Shown here: one piece after another, positions 1 through 14,020 of the stretch | Layout: every line of letters begins with the position of its first letter | How positions within the stretch are numbered: position 1 is the stretch's first letter | Made by a program: the position numbers and the translations under genes | Source of the DNA: Anolis carolinensis | Taxonomy: Eukaryota | Reading direction: 5' to 3' | Assembly: GCF_035594765.1 (NCBI RefSeq) | Contig: NC_085846.1 | Location: forward strand, 21,501,190-21,565,189 | Length of the DNA stretch: 64,000 bases | Notes under the pieces: generated by a model | What the model saw: the letters and a program-made list of their open reading frames with translations, nothing else | Database searches by the model: none | Told to the model about the DNA's origin: nothing

Positions 1-839
1 GATATATGTTATATTTCTATTTAATGGTTGGGGAAAAGCAAAACAAAAACAAAACCCTTGAACAAAGTATAAGGATTGTAGGATGATGACATCAGAAGGC
101 CCCATAAAATTCAGACAATGAAGCAGTGTGATGGTGAGATGGAAGCTTCATCAGTACCATCTGTCTCTCAGCTTTCCAAATGTGCTGCCTTACAAAACAT
201 GTTTCTTTTTAAAAAGCCATACTAAGAAGTGCTTTTGCATTTTTAGAGACAAATGTCTATATAGACATATCTGTTTCTGCTTATTTTTATTGCCCATAAA
301 GTATAGACTTTTTATCTTTCCAAGTACAGAAGCTTATGTTGGCAGTTCTAAATTGACTAGTCAGCAAGAGTTTACCATGACTGGCATGAAAAATATATCC
401 CACATTGCTTGCTTTTCAGCTTGCCATGTGTCAAAAAGAGAAACCCAGAGCTCATGCATTTCTGAATGGCATGCCATTAGAGTTGGTCTCTTCATCCCAG
501 AACAATGGCAGGCTATAATTGTTCAGCCATAGTAGCTAAAGTTGGTCCTCCATATCTACATATTCAGCCATACACAGCTTGAAAATTTTTTTTTCAAATT
601 CCAAAAACAAAACTATTTTACCATTTAATATACCACGTCATTGTATATAACGGGACTAAAGCATCCATGCATTGTGCTGTCCACAGCGGCGTCTTGGAAC
701 CAGACCATAGCGGGTACTAAGGGCCAACTGTATGTATGTTCCTTGTCAGTGAAAATTCGCATGATTTTCATAAGGTGTTCTTAGATAGGAATATGGAGAA
801 GTGATTCACCATTACCTTTTTCTGAAGTATAGTCTATAT

Positions 840-974
840 CAATTGTTCTCAATCTATGGGTCCCCAGATGTTTTGGCCTTCAACTCCCGGAAATCCTAAC
901 AGCTGGTAAACTGGCTGGGATTTCTGGGAGTTGTAGGCCAAAACACCTGGGGACCCACAGGTTGAGAACCACTG
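840..974. mobile_element. hAT (Charlie-like) MITE, 135 bp
   Basis: TIRs CAATTGTTCTCAATCTATGGG...CCCACAGGTTGAGAACCACTG; perfect 8-bp TSD GTCTATAT (832-839, 975-982). Same family at 5205-5339, 57258-57392 and partially at 56439-56510. Confidence 0.85.
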
Positions 975-1673
975 GTCTATATATAGCATATTGTGGTTCT
1001 TGCTGTCCCCTGTTTAGTACTAACCAGTGCTGGGCCTGCTTAGCTTCCTTGATCAAATGGGATCTGGTGCTTTCAGGGTAGCTAGAATAAAGCATCACAG
1101 TGGCTATTTGTATGTTACTCTCCACCAACATACTCCCACATTCTACCCGAGGGCCAGATCTGGAAGCAAATCTGATTCTCAATGGCTGGAGGCAACAGAT
1201 GTGGAAAATGACTCCACTGCTGCCCCAACTCGATGTTTTAACTTTCCCCCAGCTGATTTCTCACCTTCAGGCTTAATTTGCTTTAGGATTCATGTATTTG
1301 TCTGATTTTTTCATCTTAAAAACATGCAAAAAGCATAAGTGGGTTAAAATCCCAAAGAAGGGTTACAAAATACCTTTATTGGACATCTTAAATATAAAGA
1401 CAAAACAGAAAACTCCAAGAAATACTTAGAATTAGATGAAGTTTTTATCAAGCACCTCCATGCCACCAAAGTTAAATAAAATATCTTTGAAGAAGGAAAA
1501 GACAATATCCTTTGTCTGGAAACATTTATTCTTATCTCTTCCAGCTGGAGCCCTCTGAATTTGGGTGCTGGGTGCATCTACACTGCCGCTTTAATGCACT
1601 TGGGCACCACCTTGATTCCCATCTCCTTGTGCGATGGAATCACGAGAAATGTGTCTAAAAAAATGTCTTTATA

Positions 1674-1823
1674 CGTGAGTTGCTGTGAGTTTTCCAGGCT
1701 GTATGGTCATGTTTCAGAAGCATTCCCTCCTGATGTTTTGCCCACATCTATGGCAGGCATCCTCAGAGGTTGTGAGGTCTGTGGGAAACTAGGCAAGTAG
1801 GGTTTATATATCTGTGGAAGGTC
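1674..1823 (-). mobile_element. Penelope-like element fragment (terminal repeat region)
   Basis: Matches the recurrent GAGTTTTCC.GGCTGTATGG...GGCAGGCATCCTCAGAGGTTGTGAGG repeat, which elsewhere in the window is joined to GIY-YIG-coding remnants. Boundaries approximate. Confidence 0.7.
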
Positions 1824-1859
1824 TGTAGACCTCTCTTTGAAAGAGTGCTGGAGCCTCAC

Positions 1860-2790
1860 CAAACTTGCCAGAAGTCCCTGTTGGCTGTTGCCATCCCTAA
1901 CTCCTTCAAGGTCAAGCCAGTCTCTTCAAGGATACCATCCATCCATCTTGCCCTTGTTTGGCCCCTCTTCCTTTTTCCTTCCATTTTCCCTAGCATAGTA
2001 TCTTCTCCAAGCTTTCCTGTCTTCTCATGATGTGGCCAAAATACTTCATCTTTGCCTCTAATATCCTTCCCTCCAGTGAGCAGCGGGGCATTATTTCCTG
2101 GAGGATGGACTGGTTGGATCTTCTTGTGGTCCAAGGCACTCTCAGGATTTTCCTCCAACACCACAGTTCAAAAGCATCTATCTTCCTTCGCTCAGCCTTC
2201 CTTATGGTCCAGCTCTCACATCCATAGGTTACTATGGGGAATACCATTTCTTTAACTATGTGGACCTTCATTGCCAGTGTGATTTCTCTATTCTTCACTA
2301 TTTTAACGAGGTTGGCCTTTGTTCTCCTCCCAAGAAGTACAGTAGAGTCTCACTAATCGCTTATCCAAGCCTCTGGATTATCCAAGCCATTTTTGTAGTC
2401 AATGTTTTCAGTATGTCGTGATATTTTGATACTAAATTCGTAAATACAGTAATTACAACATAACATTACTATGTATTGAACTACTTTTTCTGTCAAATTT
2501 GTTGTGTAATATGATGTTTTGGTGCTTAATTTGTAAAATCATAAGATATTTGCTTATCCAAGCTTCTGCCGGCCCGTTTAGCTTGGATAAGTGAGACTCT
2601 ACTGTAATTGTCTTCTTTCTTGGCTGCAGTCTGCGTCTGCAGTAATCCAAAGTCTGTCCCTGCCTCCACCTTTTCTCCCTCTATTTGCCATTTATTAGTC
2701 GGTCTGGTTGCCATAATCTTGGTTTTCTAGATGTTTCACTGCATCCCAGCTTTTGCACTTTCTTCTTTCACCTTGGCGATAAGGCTCCTC
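1860..2790 (-). mobile_element. Bov-B (RTE-clade) LINE 3' fragment, interrupted by a MITE at 2340-2604
   Basis: Broken ORFs encode VFPIVTYGCESWTIRKAERRKIDAFELWCWRKILRVPW, the C-terminal region of RTE/Bov-B reverse transcriptase. Homologous to 27460-28668. Confidence 0.85.
2340..2604. mobile_element. Tc1/mariner (pogo/Tigger-like) MITE
   Basis: TIR CAGTAGAGTCTCACT...AGTGAGACTCTACTG flanked by TA on both sides. Confidence 0.85.
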
Positions 2791-2984
2791 AGCCCTCGCC
2801 AAACTACATCTTCATGATTCCATGGCATTGAGCCGTGGAGGGTTAAAGCGGTGCCAAACCGCGTTCTTTCTCCCAAGGCCGGGTTCCTTTTCCGTGGCTC
2901 TTTAAGCGCAAGAGGAGGTTCTTGTTTGGGGTTTTGTTCCGCGTGTGAAAGGGAGGCCATGCCGCTAGAGGGCTCTGGCCATTG

Positions 2985-3700
2985 TCAAAAAAAAAGGAAG
3001 AGAGGAGACACACACGCACACACACACGCAGAGGGGACTGCTCGTTTTCCCCCCTTTTTCTGCCGCTGACGAGTTTTGGGGGCTGAACTTCCCAGGTCAG
3101 AACCAGCGAGAAGGGAAAAGCCCTGTTGTTGTTTCGCCTGCTTGCGTTGCAGCCGCCGACGCCTTGGCTCGCTTCGGATTTGAAGAGCTCTCCTTTGGCT
3201 TTCCCGCCCGCCCGAGCCTTTTTTTCCTCCCTTCTTTAAAAGGGCGAGACTTTCCAACTCTTGCTTCAGCCCGGAAGCCACGAAAAAGACTTTGATTTCC
3301 AGGTAAAACTCCCGACGGTCTGGGGCTTGGGCGAAAACCAAAGTCCAGCCAGGCAGCCAGGCAACTTCCTCGTTTGGAGGGGGAGGAGGGAGGAAAATGT
3401 AAATACAAATAGACATAACAGAAAGGAGGAGACGTCTGGCTCCCCGTCCCTGCGCGCCTTCGCCCCGGCGCCTTTCTCCGGCGCCCCCGCCGCTTCCCCC
3501 GCCCGGGATTGAATCCAAGACATCCGGATGGTTCCCAAAAGATAATTAATAAGAGAGGTTTAAAAATAAAGAGGGAAGGGGGGGGGGGGGTAGGAAAGAG
3601 AGGCCTTTCCAAACGTGGGGCTGACGTAGGGCCTGACGTGGACTGGGGAGGGTTTGGAGGGACTACTAGGAAGCATGGTCTTTTCTTCCCAAGTAAGTGC
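2985..3700 (+). promoter_or_regulatory. CpG-rich promoter / probable non-coding first exon of the zinc-finger gene
   Basis: GC- and CpG-rich island in an otherwise CpG-poor region. ETS motif CCGGAAG at 3271, paired TGACGT (CRE/ATF) at 3622 and 3634, candidate donors CAG|GTAAAA (3302/3303) and AA|GTAAGT (3692/3693). Confidence 0.6.
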
Positions 3701-3835
3701 CTCTAAAGGAAAATAAATATCTTGCTGCCATGGCTAAGCAGTTCAGCAGGTGAAGCATTGCCCGAAGAGGGTTTTTTATGATGCTCCTCCAGGTACAAGA
3801 GAAGCCTCACCTGTTGAATTTTTGGGCCCTTACTA

Positions 3836-4005
3836 GGGCCCTTCCACACAGCTCTATATCCCAGAATATCAAGGCAGAAAATTCCACATTATCTGCTTTG
3901 AACTGGGATATATGGCAGTGTGGACTCAGATAACCCAGTTCAAAGAAGATATTGTGGGATTTTCTGCCTTGATATTCTGGGATATAGGGCTGTGTGGAAG
4001 GGCCC
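3836..4005. mobile_element. Palindromic MITE (PIF/Harbinger-like)
   Basis: TIR GGGCCCTTCCACACAGC...GCTGTGTGGAAGGGCCC with long internal inverted arms. Relatives at about 35432-35597, 38668-38788 and 39899-40050. Confidence 0.7.
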
Positions 4006-4022
4006 TAGGAGTCCATCTTCAC

Positions 4023-4206
4023 CAAGCATGGGCAAACTTGGGCCTTCCTCCAGGTGTTTTGGACCTCAGCTCCCACCATTCCTAACAGCCAGAGTCCCCT
4101 TCCTAAGAGGCTGAGCGGGGGAAAAAAAGGGGGCCTGAGGCTGTTAGGAATGGTGGGAGTTGAAGTCCAAAACACCTGGAGGAAGGCCCAAGTTTGCCCA
4201 TGCTTG
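4023..4206. mobile_element. Palindromic hAT MITE
   Basis: TIR CAAGCATGGGCAAAC...GTTTGCCCATGCTTG; near-identical 8-bp TSD ATCTTCAC/ATCTACAC. Same family as 25415-25614. Confidence 0.8.
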
Positions 4207-4540
4207 ATCTACACTGACCGCTTAATCCAAAGTGAAACCCGCAGTTGCACTGTGCAGATGATGCAGCACCCACCCCCCGCGCTACACTGACCATTTAATG
4301 CTGTTTCAAACCATTATTGAAAAAAGGTAGGAAATCCTGGAACCAGTTTGAGGTCCCAATGGTGGCAACACTAACCACAAAGCGCTTATGCGCATTAAAG
4401 GCTTTCTTTTGCACACTACAGTGAGTCACTGAGTTTTCCAGGTTGTATGGCCATGTTCCAGAAGCATTATCTCTTGACACTTTGATTCCCATGGCCCAGG
4501 GTGATGGAATCATGAGACATGTGTCTTCAATAAGGTCTTT

Positions 4541-5143
4541 GGGTTACCGTGAGTTTTCCAGGCTGCATAGTCATGTTTCAGAAGCATTCTCTCCTGGCAT
4601 TTTGCCCGCATCTATGGCAGGCATCCTCAGAGGTTGTGAGGTCTGCTTGAAACTAGGCAAGTGGGGTTTATATATCCAGGGTGGGAAAAAGAAGTCTGTC
4701 TGTTGAGTCAAGTGTGAATGTTGCAATTGATCACCTTGGATTGCATTTAATGGCCTTGCAGATTCAAAGCCTAGTTGCTTCCTGGGGGAATCCTTTTGTG
4801 GGAGGGGTTAGCTGGCACTGATTGTTTCCTATCTGGAATTCCCCTGTTTTCAGAGAGTTGTTCTTTATTTACTGTCCTGATTTTAGAATTTTTAAAATAT
4901 TGGTAGCCAGATCTTGTTCATTTTCATAGTTTCCTTTCCATATTTGAGAACACAGAAATGCTGGACCACTCTAATAACTATCAGGTCACAGAGAAGCCAT
5001 TGAAATCAGCAAGCATGTGGACAAGTTCAACAGAAAAGGAGGAAACCATGAACATGAACAAATTATGGCTGCCAGTATTAAAAACTCTAAAATCAGGACA
5101 GTAAATAAAGAACAACACCCTGAAAACAGGGGAATTCCAGACA
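4541..5143. mobile_element. Penelope-like element, inverted pair of fragments
   Basis: 4541-4935 is antisense. 4940-5143 is sense and encodes a degenerate FENTEMLDHSNNY..EAIEI..H...FNRK, the C-terminus of a GIY-YIG endonuclease. The two halves share inverted sequence. Confidence 0.75.
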
Positions 5144-5204
5144 GTGCTCTTTTTTGGAGTATCCCCCAGACTTTGCTTATCTAATTTCAAAACAAACTGC
5201 AGAG

Positions 5205-5339
5205 CAGTGGTTCTCCACCTGTGGGTCCCCAGATGTTTTGGCCTTCAACTCCCACAAATCCTAACAGCTGGTAAACTGGCTGGGATTTCTGGGAGTTGTA
5301 GGCCAAAACACCTGGGAACCCACAGGTTGAAAACCACTG
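5205..5339. mobile_element. hAT (Charlie-like) MITE
   Basis: TIR CAGTGGTTCTC...AAAACCACTG; degenerate 8-bp TSD CTGCAGAG/CTGTAGGG. Confidence 0.8.
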
Positions 5340-6004
5340 CTGTAGGGTGTGTTTGCAGCATGCAGCATCTAAACGCCATACACTGAAGCTGCCTTCAAAC
5401 TGCAATAAATGGTCAGTGTAGATGTGCCCTTTGTTGTTTGAAAGCACCTGGGGAACCATGCCTGGGGAGGCAGGAGGAGGAGCAAGGCTGTAGGTTGGAG
5501 CATACCTCCCATCCTTCCTAGTCACAGATGATGCTGGCCAGAGATTATGGGGGCTGGAGTCCCAACAATAGAAAGCTTTTTCATCCCAATGAGAAGAATA
5601 AAAGTAGAGAAACCAGGATGATTTCAGAGAGGTGTTCACCTGTAGGATCAGGAGAGAGAAGATGCTCAAAGCAAAGTAAAGACTTTCTGTATATATTTCA
5701 GATTTCAGTATTAATGTCAAAAATATGTAGTATGATTTTACATAAGATTTATGCTATATTAGAACAGTAAAGACAAATATCACTTAAGTAAAATAAACAT
5801 TAAATATTAAATAACCAAACAAAAATAAAATAAGGTGTTAACACTAAACTAATCTGGGAATCTGCTATTGCAACACATCCAATGAAGTGGTTTAAAACCA
5901 GCATAAAAAAAAGATTGAAGGCCCAAGGTGACGGGGTTGGTCTTGGATGCTGAGCAGGGGACCCTTATTCTTTCAGAGGCCACAGCCTTCTGCAGAAGTG
6001 ACTG

Positions 6005-8401
<2,397 letters not shown>

Positions 8402-10319
8402 GACCAGGCCCTGAACCAGCTTGCCAAGTCACGTCAAACCTTTGTCTAATGATACAAAACAACAATAAGACAGAGACTGAACACATTCAAAAGTCTCTGC
8501 TTTTGGAAATACAAAAATTCACCAAACTGAAAAACTATCCAGATTTGTTTCTGTAATGTCAAACAAGAATGGGAAAAGACATATGGAAACCTTAATTTGC
8601 CTTAATTTGCATGCTTTATTGTAGATCCACCTCTGAAGAAATGAGGAATTTTGTTCAACACATTTGTGGTGATAGTTTAGAATATGGGTGTGGGGATTCT
8701 TGAGACAATAGAAATTGATAGGCGCATGGGAGATGGAGTCTGGATACTACGACAATGGCTATTTCTTTTTTTAAAAGTTACTTGTTGAGCCTGCCTTGAC
8801 AGTAACATTCAATGGAGCTGGAAGTCTATCCATGTTAGAGGCTTTCAGTTTTTGGATCAGAATTGGTCAGCCTTTTGCCCATTGCTGAATATTAGCAGAA
8901 TCTCACTCCATTTCATAAAAGTCTGACAGCCAGTATATGAGACTTTGGGTACTGCTCATTGGGTGGATCCATCCCTCACTGCAGTATACAGAGTTAAGAC
9001 CTTTCAGAGGTGACCTTTGTTGGTTATTTGTTGCATGAGATCCAGATGCGGTCACTCAAATAAAACACTTCTGTGTCAAAAGAGATGGCATTTCCCAAGG
9101 AAGCCCATTTCAGTATTGCATTCCCAGGGACACTGCCATTGAGTTTTGCAGGCTGTATGACCATGTTCCAGAAGCATTATCTCCTGAAGGCTCCCTCCTG
9201 AAAGCCTTTGACAGCAAATTGAACATTGCCATTGTGTCTCCAGCTAGCTTTCTGGAGAGCTGCCTGAAGAGCGTGTTTGTCCATCATAACGTGTGTCACA
9301 AACACTGACTGGCTAGTGCCTGTGACGTCATGGAGGCTCTTTTACTTGCCGCCCTTTTTCTGGGGCGTTCCACATGTGAGGAAACATTTCTGTAAATATT
9401 TCAAAAGGAGACAGTGAAGAGATTAAAAGGGTGCAATGCCAACAAGACTATAGATGCTTCTTTGCAGCAATGCTCTGCCATTTTACAAACCTGTTATTTT
9501 GCTCTGTGGCTCCATCTGTTATTGTTTTAAAAATGATTTTTATTGTACTTGTCGGTTACTTTCTGTATTATATGATTCTAAGCCTCATCAGTAAGAAGGT
9601 TAGGGGATTGTTTGCATTGGGATTGAGGCACAGATAATAATATCTCAAGTTGCTTGTTCAAATACAGTCAGCCTTCCACATTCAAAGGAGTTAATGGCAC
9701 AGGACACTGGTGAAAGTGAAAACCTGGGAATAAAGAAATGTCAGTTTCTTTACTTAAGAGAACACCTTGTTAGGAATTTCTTTGTCCTTCAGCACAACTC
9801 TGAGGTCAGTATCTGCTGGAAGCTGGCTATTGATCCACACTGGGGGAACTAGAGATTCCTAGGGATTGCATTTTAATTAAATCTACAAAGTCAGAGACAA
9901 GTTTAGAAAGCATGTCACCCTCTTCTTCATAATATGTGGGCAGCATATCTGTGTTACTGTTGTTGGATAAGAACCAGACCTTAGGCAAAGTTGTTGTTTT
10001 TTAGACTGCAGTTTCCAGAATTCCCCCAACCAGAATGTCTTAGTATAATGCTTGCTAGGGGATTTTGGTCACTGTAGCAGAAATTTCTCTGAGCTCGCAC
10101 AGATATAGCACTAAAGAAGCAGTCTATTTTTCATTCATTTCCAGTTGTCTGGATGCCTGTTAGATAGCTGAACACTCCATTTACGAGACAATTGTAGTTT
10201 TAATGGGTTCTTCCTTTCCATTTGTATTTTTTTCTTCTCAACGGTCATTTATATTTCTTCACCCACAAATCTTGCAGTAATGCCTAGCTTCATAATTGCC
10301 ATGGCTTCATTCAATGTGT

Positions 10320-10325
10320 ATTAAA
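10320..10325 (+). terminator. Candidate polyadenylation signal of the ZNF gene (ATTAAA; alternative AATAAA at 9059-9064)
   Basis: ATTAAA followed about 20 nt later by a GU-rich tract GTGTTTTGTGTGG. Confidence 0.35.
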
Positions 10326-11237
10326 ATTCAAAGAACTGCATGGAAGTGTTTTGTGTGGTCATTTTTATATCACAGGTGAAGCTGGAGACATTAGTTTTTT
10401 TGGGATGACATTTCAGAATAATGGAATGGTAAGTGGAAATGCAAATTTAGTGGAGGCTGTCATTGTTCGAGCCATGAGGAGAGGCAGGTAACAACAACGA
10501 TAATGATGATAGTAATAACTATTAAAGAGACGAGGGATATATCCCCCTCCACAGTTGTCGTAATCCCTTGCCAGTGGTTATGCTGCCTAAACTGGTGGGA
10601 ATTGTAGTTTCAGCCACAACTGGAGAGCCATGCATTCTGTAAATAATTTCTCTCAAAATGTTGAATTGTGGTTCCCAGTATCCTTAGCCACCAGAGTCCT
10701 GGGAGATGCAATTCATCACTATCTGGAGGAATTGCCTGCATAGGAGAAGATCCAGAACATGTTACTATTTCAACAATGTAAAGCTTTCCATACTTACTGC
10801 AAAGGATCATTTGATATGAAGTCAGCTTTCGAAAATCCATGGCTACCCTAACAATAACTCCCAAGAGCCTCCGGTCATCAACTGCATTGCTCAAGTCTTG
10901 CAAACTTCTTTGCTGTCCAGGCTCCTTCACTGTCCAGCCATGGTGTGGCATGGATGAACCTGACTTTTGAGGCTTGGCAATTTTACTTATTTCCTTTATA
11001 GCTACTTACTAAAAGATCTATACCACTGAATTCAACAAGTTTTGTTCCCAAGTAAGCATTCAAGGAAGGAATAAAGGAAAATCTAGTCCAGGGATGGAAA
11101 CTGTAACCCTCCTGATCTTGTTGGACTGCAAACCCCAACATTCTTCACCTATTAGTTAGACCTGCTGGGACTTGTATTCCAACAACATTTGGAGATCCAT
11201 CAGATCCCTCTTCTCAGTCCCTTTAGGCAGCAGCTAA

Positions 11238-11855
11238 CACTATGTAACACTATTTGAAACATTTTCTGTTTCTAGTTTGAAAGTACAGTAGAGTCTCACT
11301 TATCCAACATAAACGGGCCGGCAGAACGTTGGATAAGCGAATATGTTGGATAATAAGGAGACATTAAGGAAAAGCCTATTAAACATCAAATTAGGTTATG
11401 ATTTTACAAATGAAGCACCAAAACATCATGTTAGACAACAAATTTGGCAGAAAAAGTAGTTCAATACGCAGTAATACTATGTTGTAATTACTATATTTAC
11501 GAATTTAGCACCAAAATATCACGATATATTGAAAACATTGACTACAAAAATGCGTTGGATAATCCAGAACGTTGGATAAGCGAGTGTTGGATAAGTGAGA
11601 CTCTACTGTATTATTTCCTGTTTAATTGTGCGGTACTTACTTTGAAAGTAGTTGTCATACTCCAGAAGCTTTGTTTTCGTGGCTGCCACAATCTACGTTG
11701 AATTTGTTGAATTCATTGAAAAACTATAGCAAAATGTGCTGCAGGATGTCCTGCAAAAACAAACTTTTTTACAGTTTAAGAAAACTTTTCCATGTTTTTA
11801 GGACTGGGAAATGACATTTTTAACCCAGGAACATAGAAAATCATGGTACATAGTG
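11238..11855. mobile_element. Chapaev3-type non-autonomous DNA transposon with a nested mariner MITE
   Basis: CACTATGTAAC...GGTACATAGTG termini with TAA/TTA flanks. Confidence 0.6.
11286..11608. mobile_element. Tc1/mariner (pogo/Tigger-like) MITE, 323 bp
   Basis: TIR CAGTAGAGTCTCACTTATCCAA, TA TSD. Very similar copies at 21263-21585 and 26384-26706. Confidence 0.9.
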
Positions 11856-12451
11856 TTATGAGAGATGGGAGCAGGTTAGAATTCTTTGCAACAGGCAGTA
11901 ATCCTTTTCCACAGGGCACTGACGTTACTGGGAAAAAATACTGGTTCTGAATGTCACTCCACCACCTTTCACAAGGTTTAAATATTGAGGTGATTTCCCC
12001 AAAAGGGCCAACTTTTTCTCATTTCATGTATATGGAGCACTCAAATTGCATCATCTATGGATTGTTGACTCCCAAGGTTTTGGGTAACTCACATTTGCAA
12101 CTGCGGCCTGTCCACTGGGAATAACAAATATTTCTAAAGTTTTACAGGGTTATCTTTCCTCTGCCTTTAAGCACAGAATTTCTTTTTGAAAGTTCAGACA
12201 TTTCTGTTGCTTCCTCTTATCCCTAGAAGGGGATTATATATCAAACTGCTCTTGAATAGTTTCTTTTTGCTGGCTGCATGTTACCACAATTACACATTTC
12301 CTCTGTTGTTGTTGTTTTTAATGGGGCCATTTATATTCAGTGTTAACTAATGACTGAACATCATCCCTCTGTTGTAGTGTGCCTTCAGGCCATTTCTGAC
12401 CTATAGTGACCCTATAGTAGGGATATCCTGGCAAGGGTCATTTATAAGAAC

Positions 12452-12762
12452 TAGGTTGCTTTGAGTTTTCCGGGCTGTATGGCCATGTTCCAGAAGCATT
12501 CTCCCCTGAAGTTTCACTCACATCTGTGGCAGGCATCTGCAGAGGTTGTGAGGTATATTGGGCTTTATATACAGTTTCTGTGGAATGTGCAGGGTGGGAG
12601 AAACCCCATTTACCTAGTTTACAACAGTCCTCACACCCTCTGAGGATACCTGTTATAGACAAGGGTGAAACGTCAGGAGAGAATGCTTCTGGAACATGGC
12701 CATACAGCCCGGAAAACACACAGCATCCCAGCGATTCCGTTCACAAAAGACTTCAACAACAT
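12452..12762. mobile_element. Penelope-like element, inverted terminal-repeat pair
   Basis: About 12452-12597 and 12590-12762 are inverted copies of the same repeat. Confidence 0.75.
12637..12677 (+). ncRNA. Minimal type I hammerhead ribozyme motif (Penelope-derived)
   Basis: CCU-CUGAGGA-U-ACCU...GGGU-GAAAC-GUC-AGG: core intact; stem II still pairable with an A-U closing pair. Confidence 0.55.
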
Positions 12763-13776
12763 ATTCAGAAGAAGTTTGCCCATTGCCTCCTCTGAGGCTG
12801 AGTGTGTCACCTACCCAAGAACACCCAGTGGGTTTTATATGCCCAAACATATATAAGAAGGCACAATGGTGTTGCTTTTCTTAAAGGGAGGGATTTCTGG
12901 ATTATGGATTTTTTTTTAAGTTGGCAAAAGAACTATTTCCAAAATTCGCCTTTTATGGGAAATTTCCTTTTATCCCCAGCAGGGGAAGCTAGGATTCACA
13001 TGTCACAATCACACAGAAACCATAGAGACAAACGTGACAACAGCCGAATGGAAGTTGTCAGCTCAGTGACCCCAGGAAATGAAAGGCAAACGAAAGCGGA
13101 TCTTGAGATAGATTGCTGCCTTTTGTTGGTGTGCTAAATGTTACTGTCATGCCAAATTCTTCATGAAGACTGAAAAAAAAATTGAGATAGCTGAATTTCA
13201 TTTCAAAAAAAATCAAAGCTCTTCCCTTTTAGATTAAAAATGCAATAAAGCATGTATTGTGTGAAATGGATCCACTTTGTGATTACAGTTAAGATTTAGG
13301 GTGCATCTGCATTGTAGAATTCATGCAGTTTGATACCACTTTAACTGCTATGGAACCTAGGGAATTGTAAATTTACAAAGTTAGAATTCTCTGCTAAGGA
13401 GTGCTGGTGCTTTACCAAAGTATAACTCCCATGACTCCATAATATTGAGCTATGGCAGTTGGTGGTGTAAAATGCATTGATTCTACAGTGTAAATCAGGC
13501 ATGTACAAACTTCGAATCTCCAAGGTGTTTTGGACTTCAACTACCACAATTTCTTACCTCCTGCCTTTTCCTTTCTCCCCTCAGCCGCTTAAGCATTTCA
13601 AACGTGTTTACATTGATTCAGAATTTGTGGATACAAGGGTTGACTGTAATTGCTTGGTTGCCTACAGACTCCTAGTGATTTAATTAAAGTTTTAGTCAAG
13701 CCTAGTATCCTACAGTAGCGAAGAGATCAAACTGAAAATTTGGATCAAGACAGATAAACTGTGTGTGTGTGTGTGT

Positions 13777-14020
13777 GTGTCAGGAGCGATATGAGAAACT
13801 GCAAGTTGCTTCTGGTGTGGGAGAATTGGCTGTCTGCAACGATGTTGCCCAGAGGACGCCTGGATGTTTTAACATCCTGTGCAAGGCTTCTCTCATGTCC
13901 TCGCATAGGAAGCTGGAGCTGAAGACGGGGGCTCACCCCGCTCCCCAAATTCGAAATGCCGATCTTTTGGTCAGCGGTCCTGCTGGTACAAGGGTTTACC
14001 CACTGTGCCACTGGGGGCTC
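13777..14020 (-). mobile_element. tRNA-derived SINE (Sauria-type head, probably a Vingi-LINE-derived tail)
   Basis: Reverse strand begins GGAGCCCCCAGTGGCACAGTGG (A box) and ends ...CACACCAGAAGCAACTTGCAGTTTCTC..CGCTCCTGACAC. Related copy at 29717-30007 and tail fragment at about 55715-55850. Confidence 0.7.

Noticed and set aside
2985-3612. Long minus-strand ORFs (177 and 171 aa) in the CpG island
   Set aside because: Stop-poor GC-rich DNA with no recognisable domain or splice structure. A divergent transcript cannot be excluded.
9323-9330. Perfect CRE (TGACGTCA) downstream of the ZNF stop codon
   Set aside because: A single 8-mer is expected by chance in 64 kb and has no supporting context.
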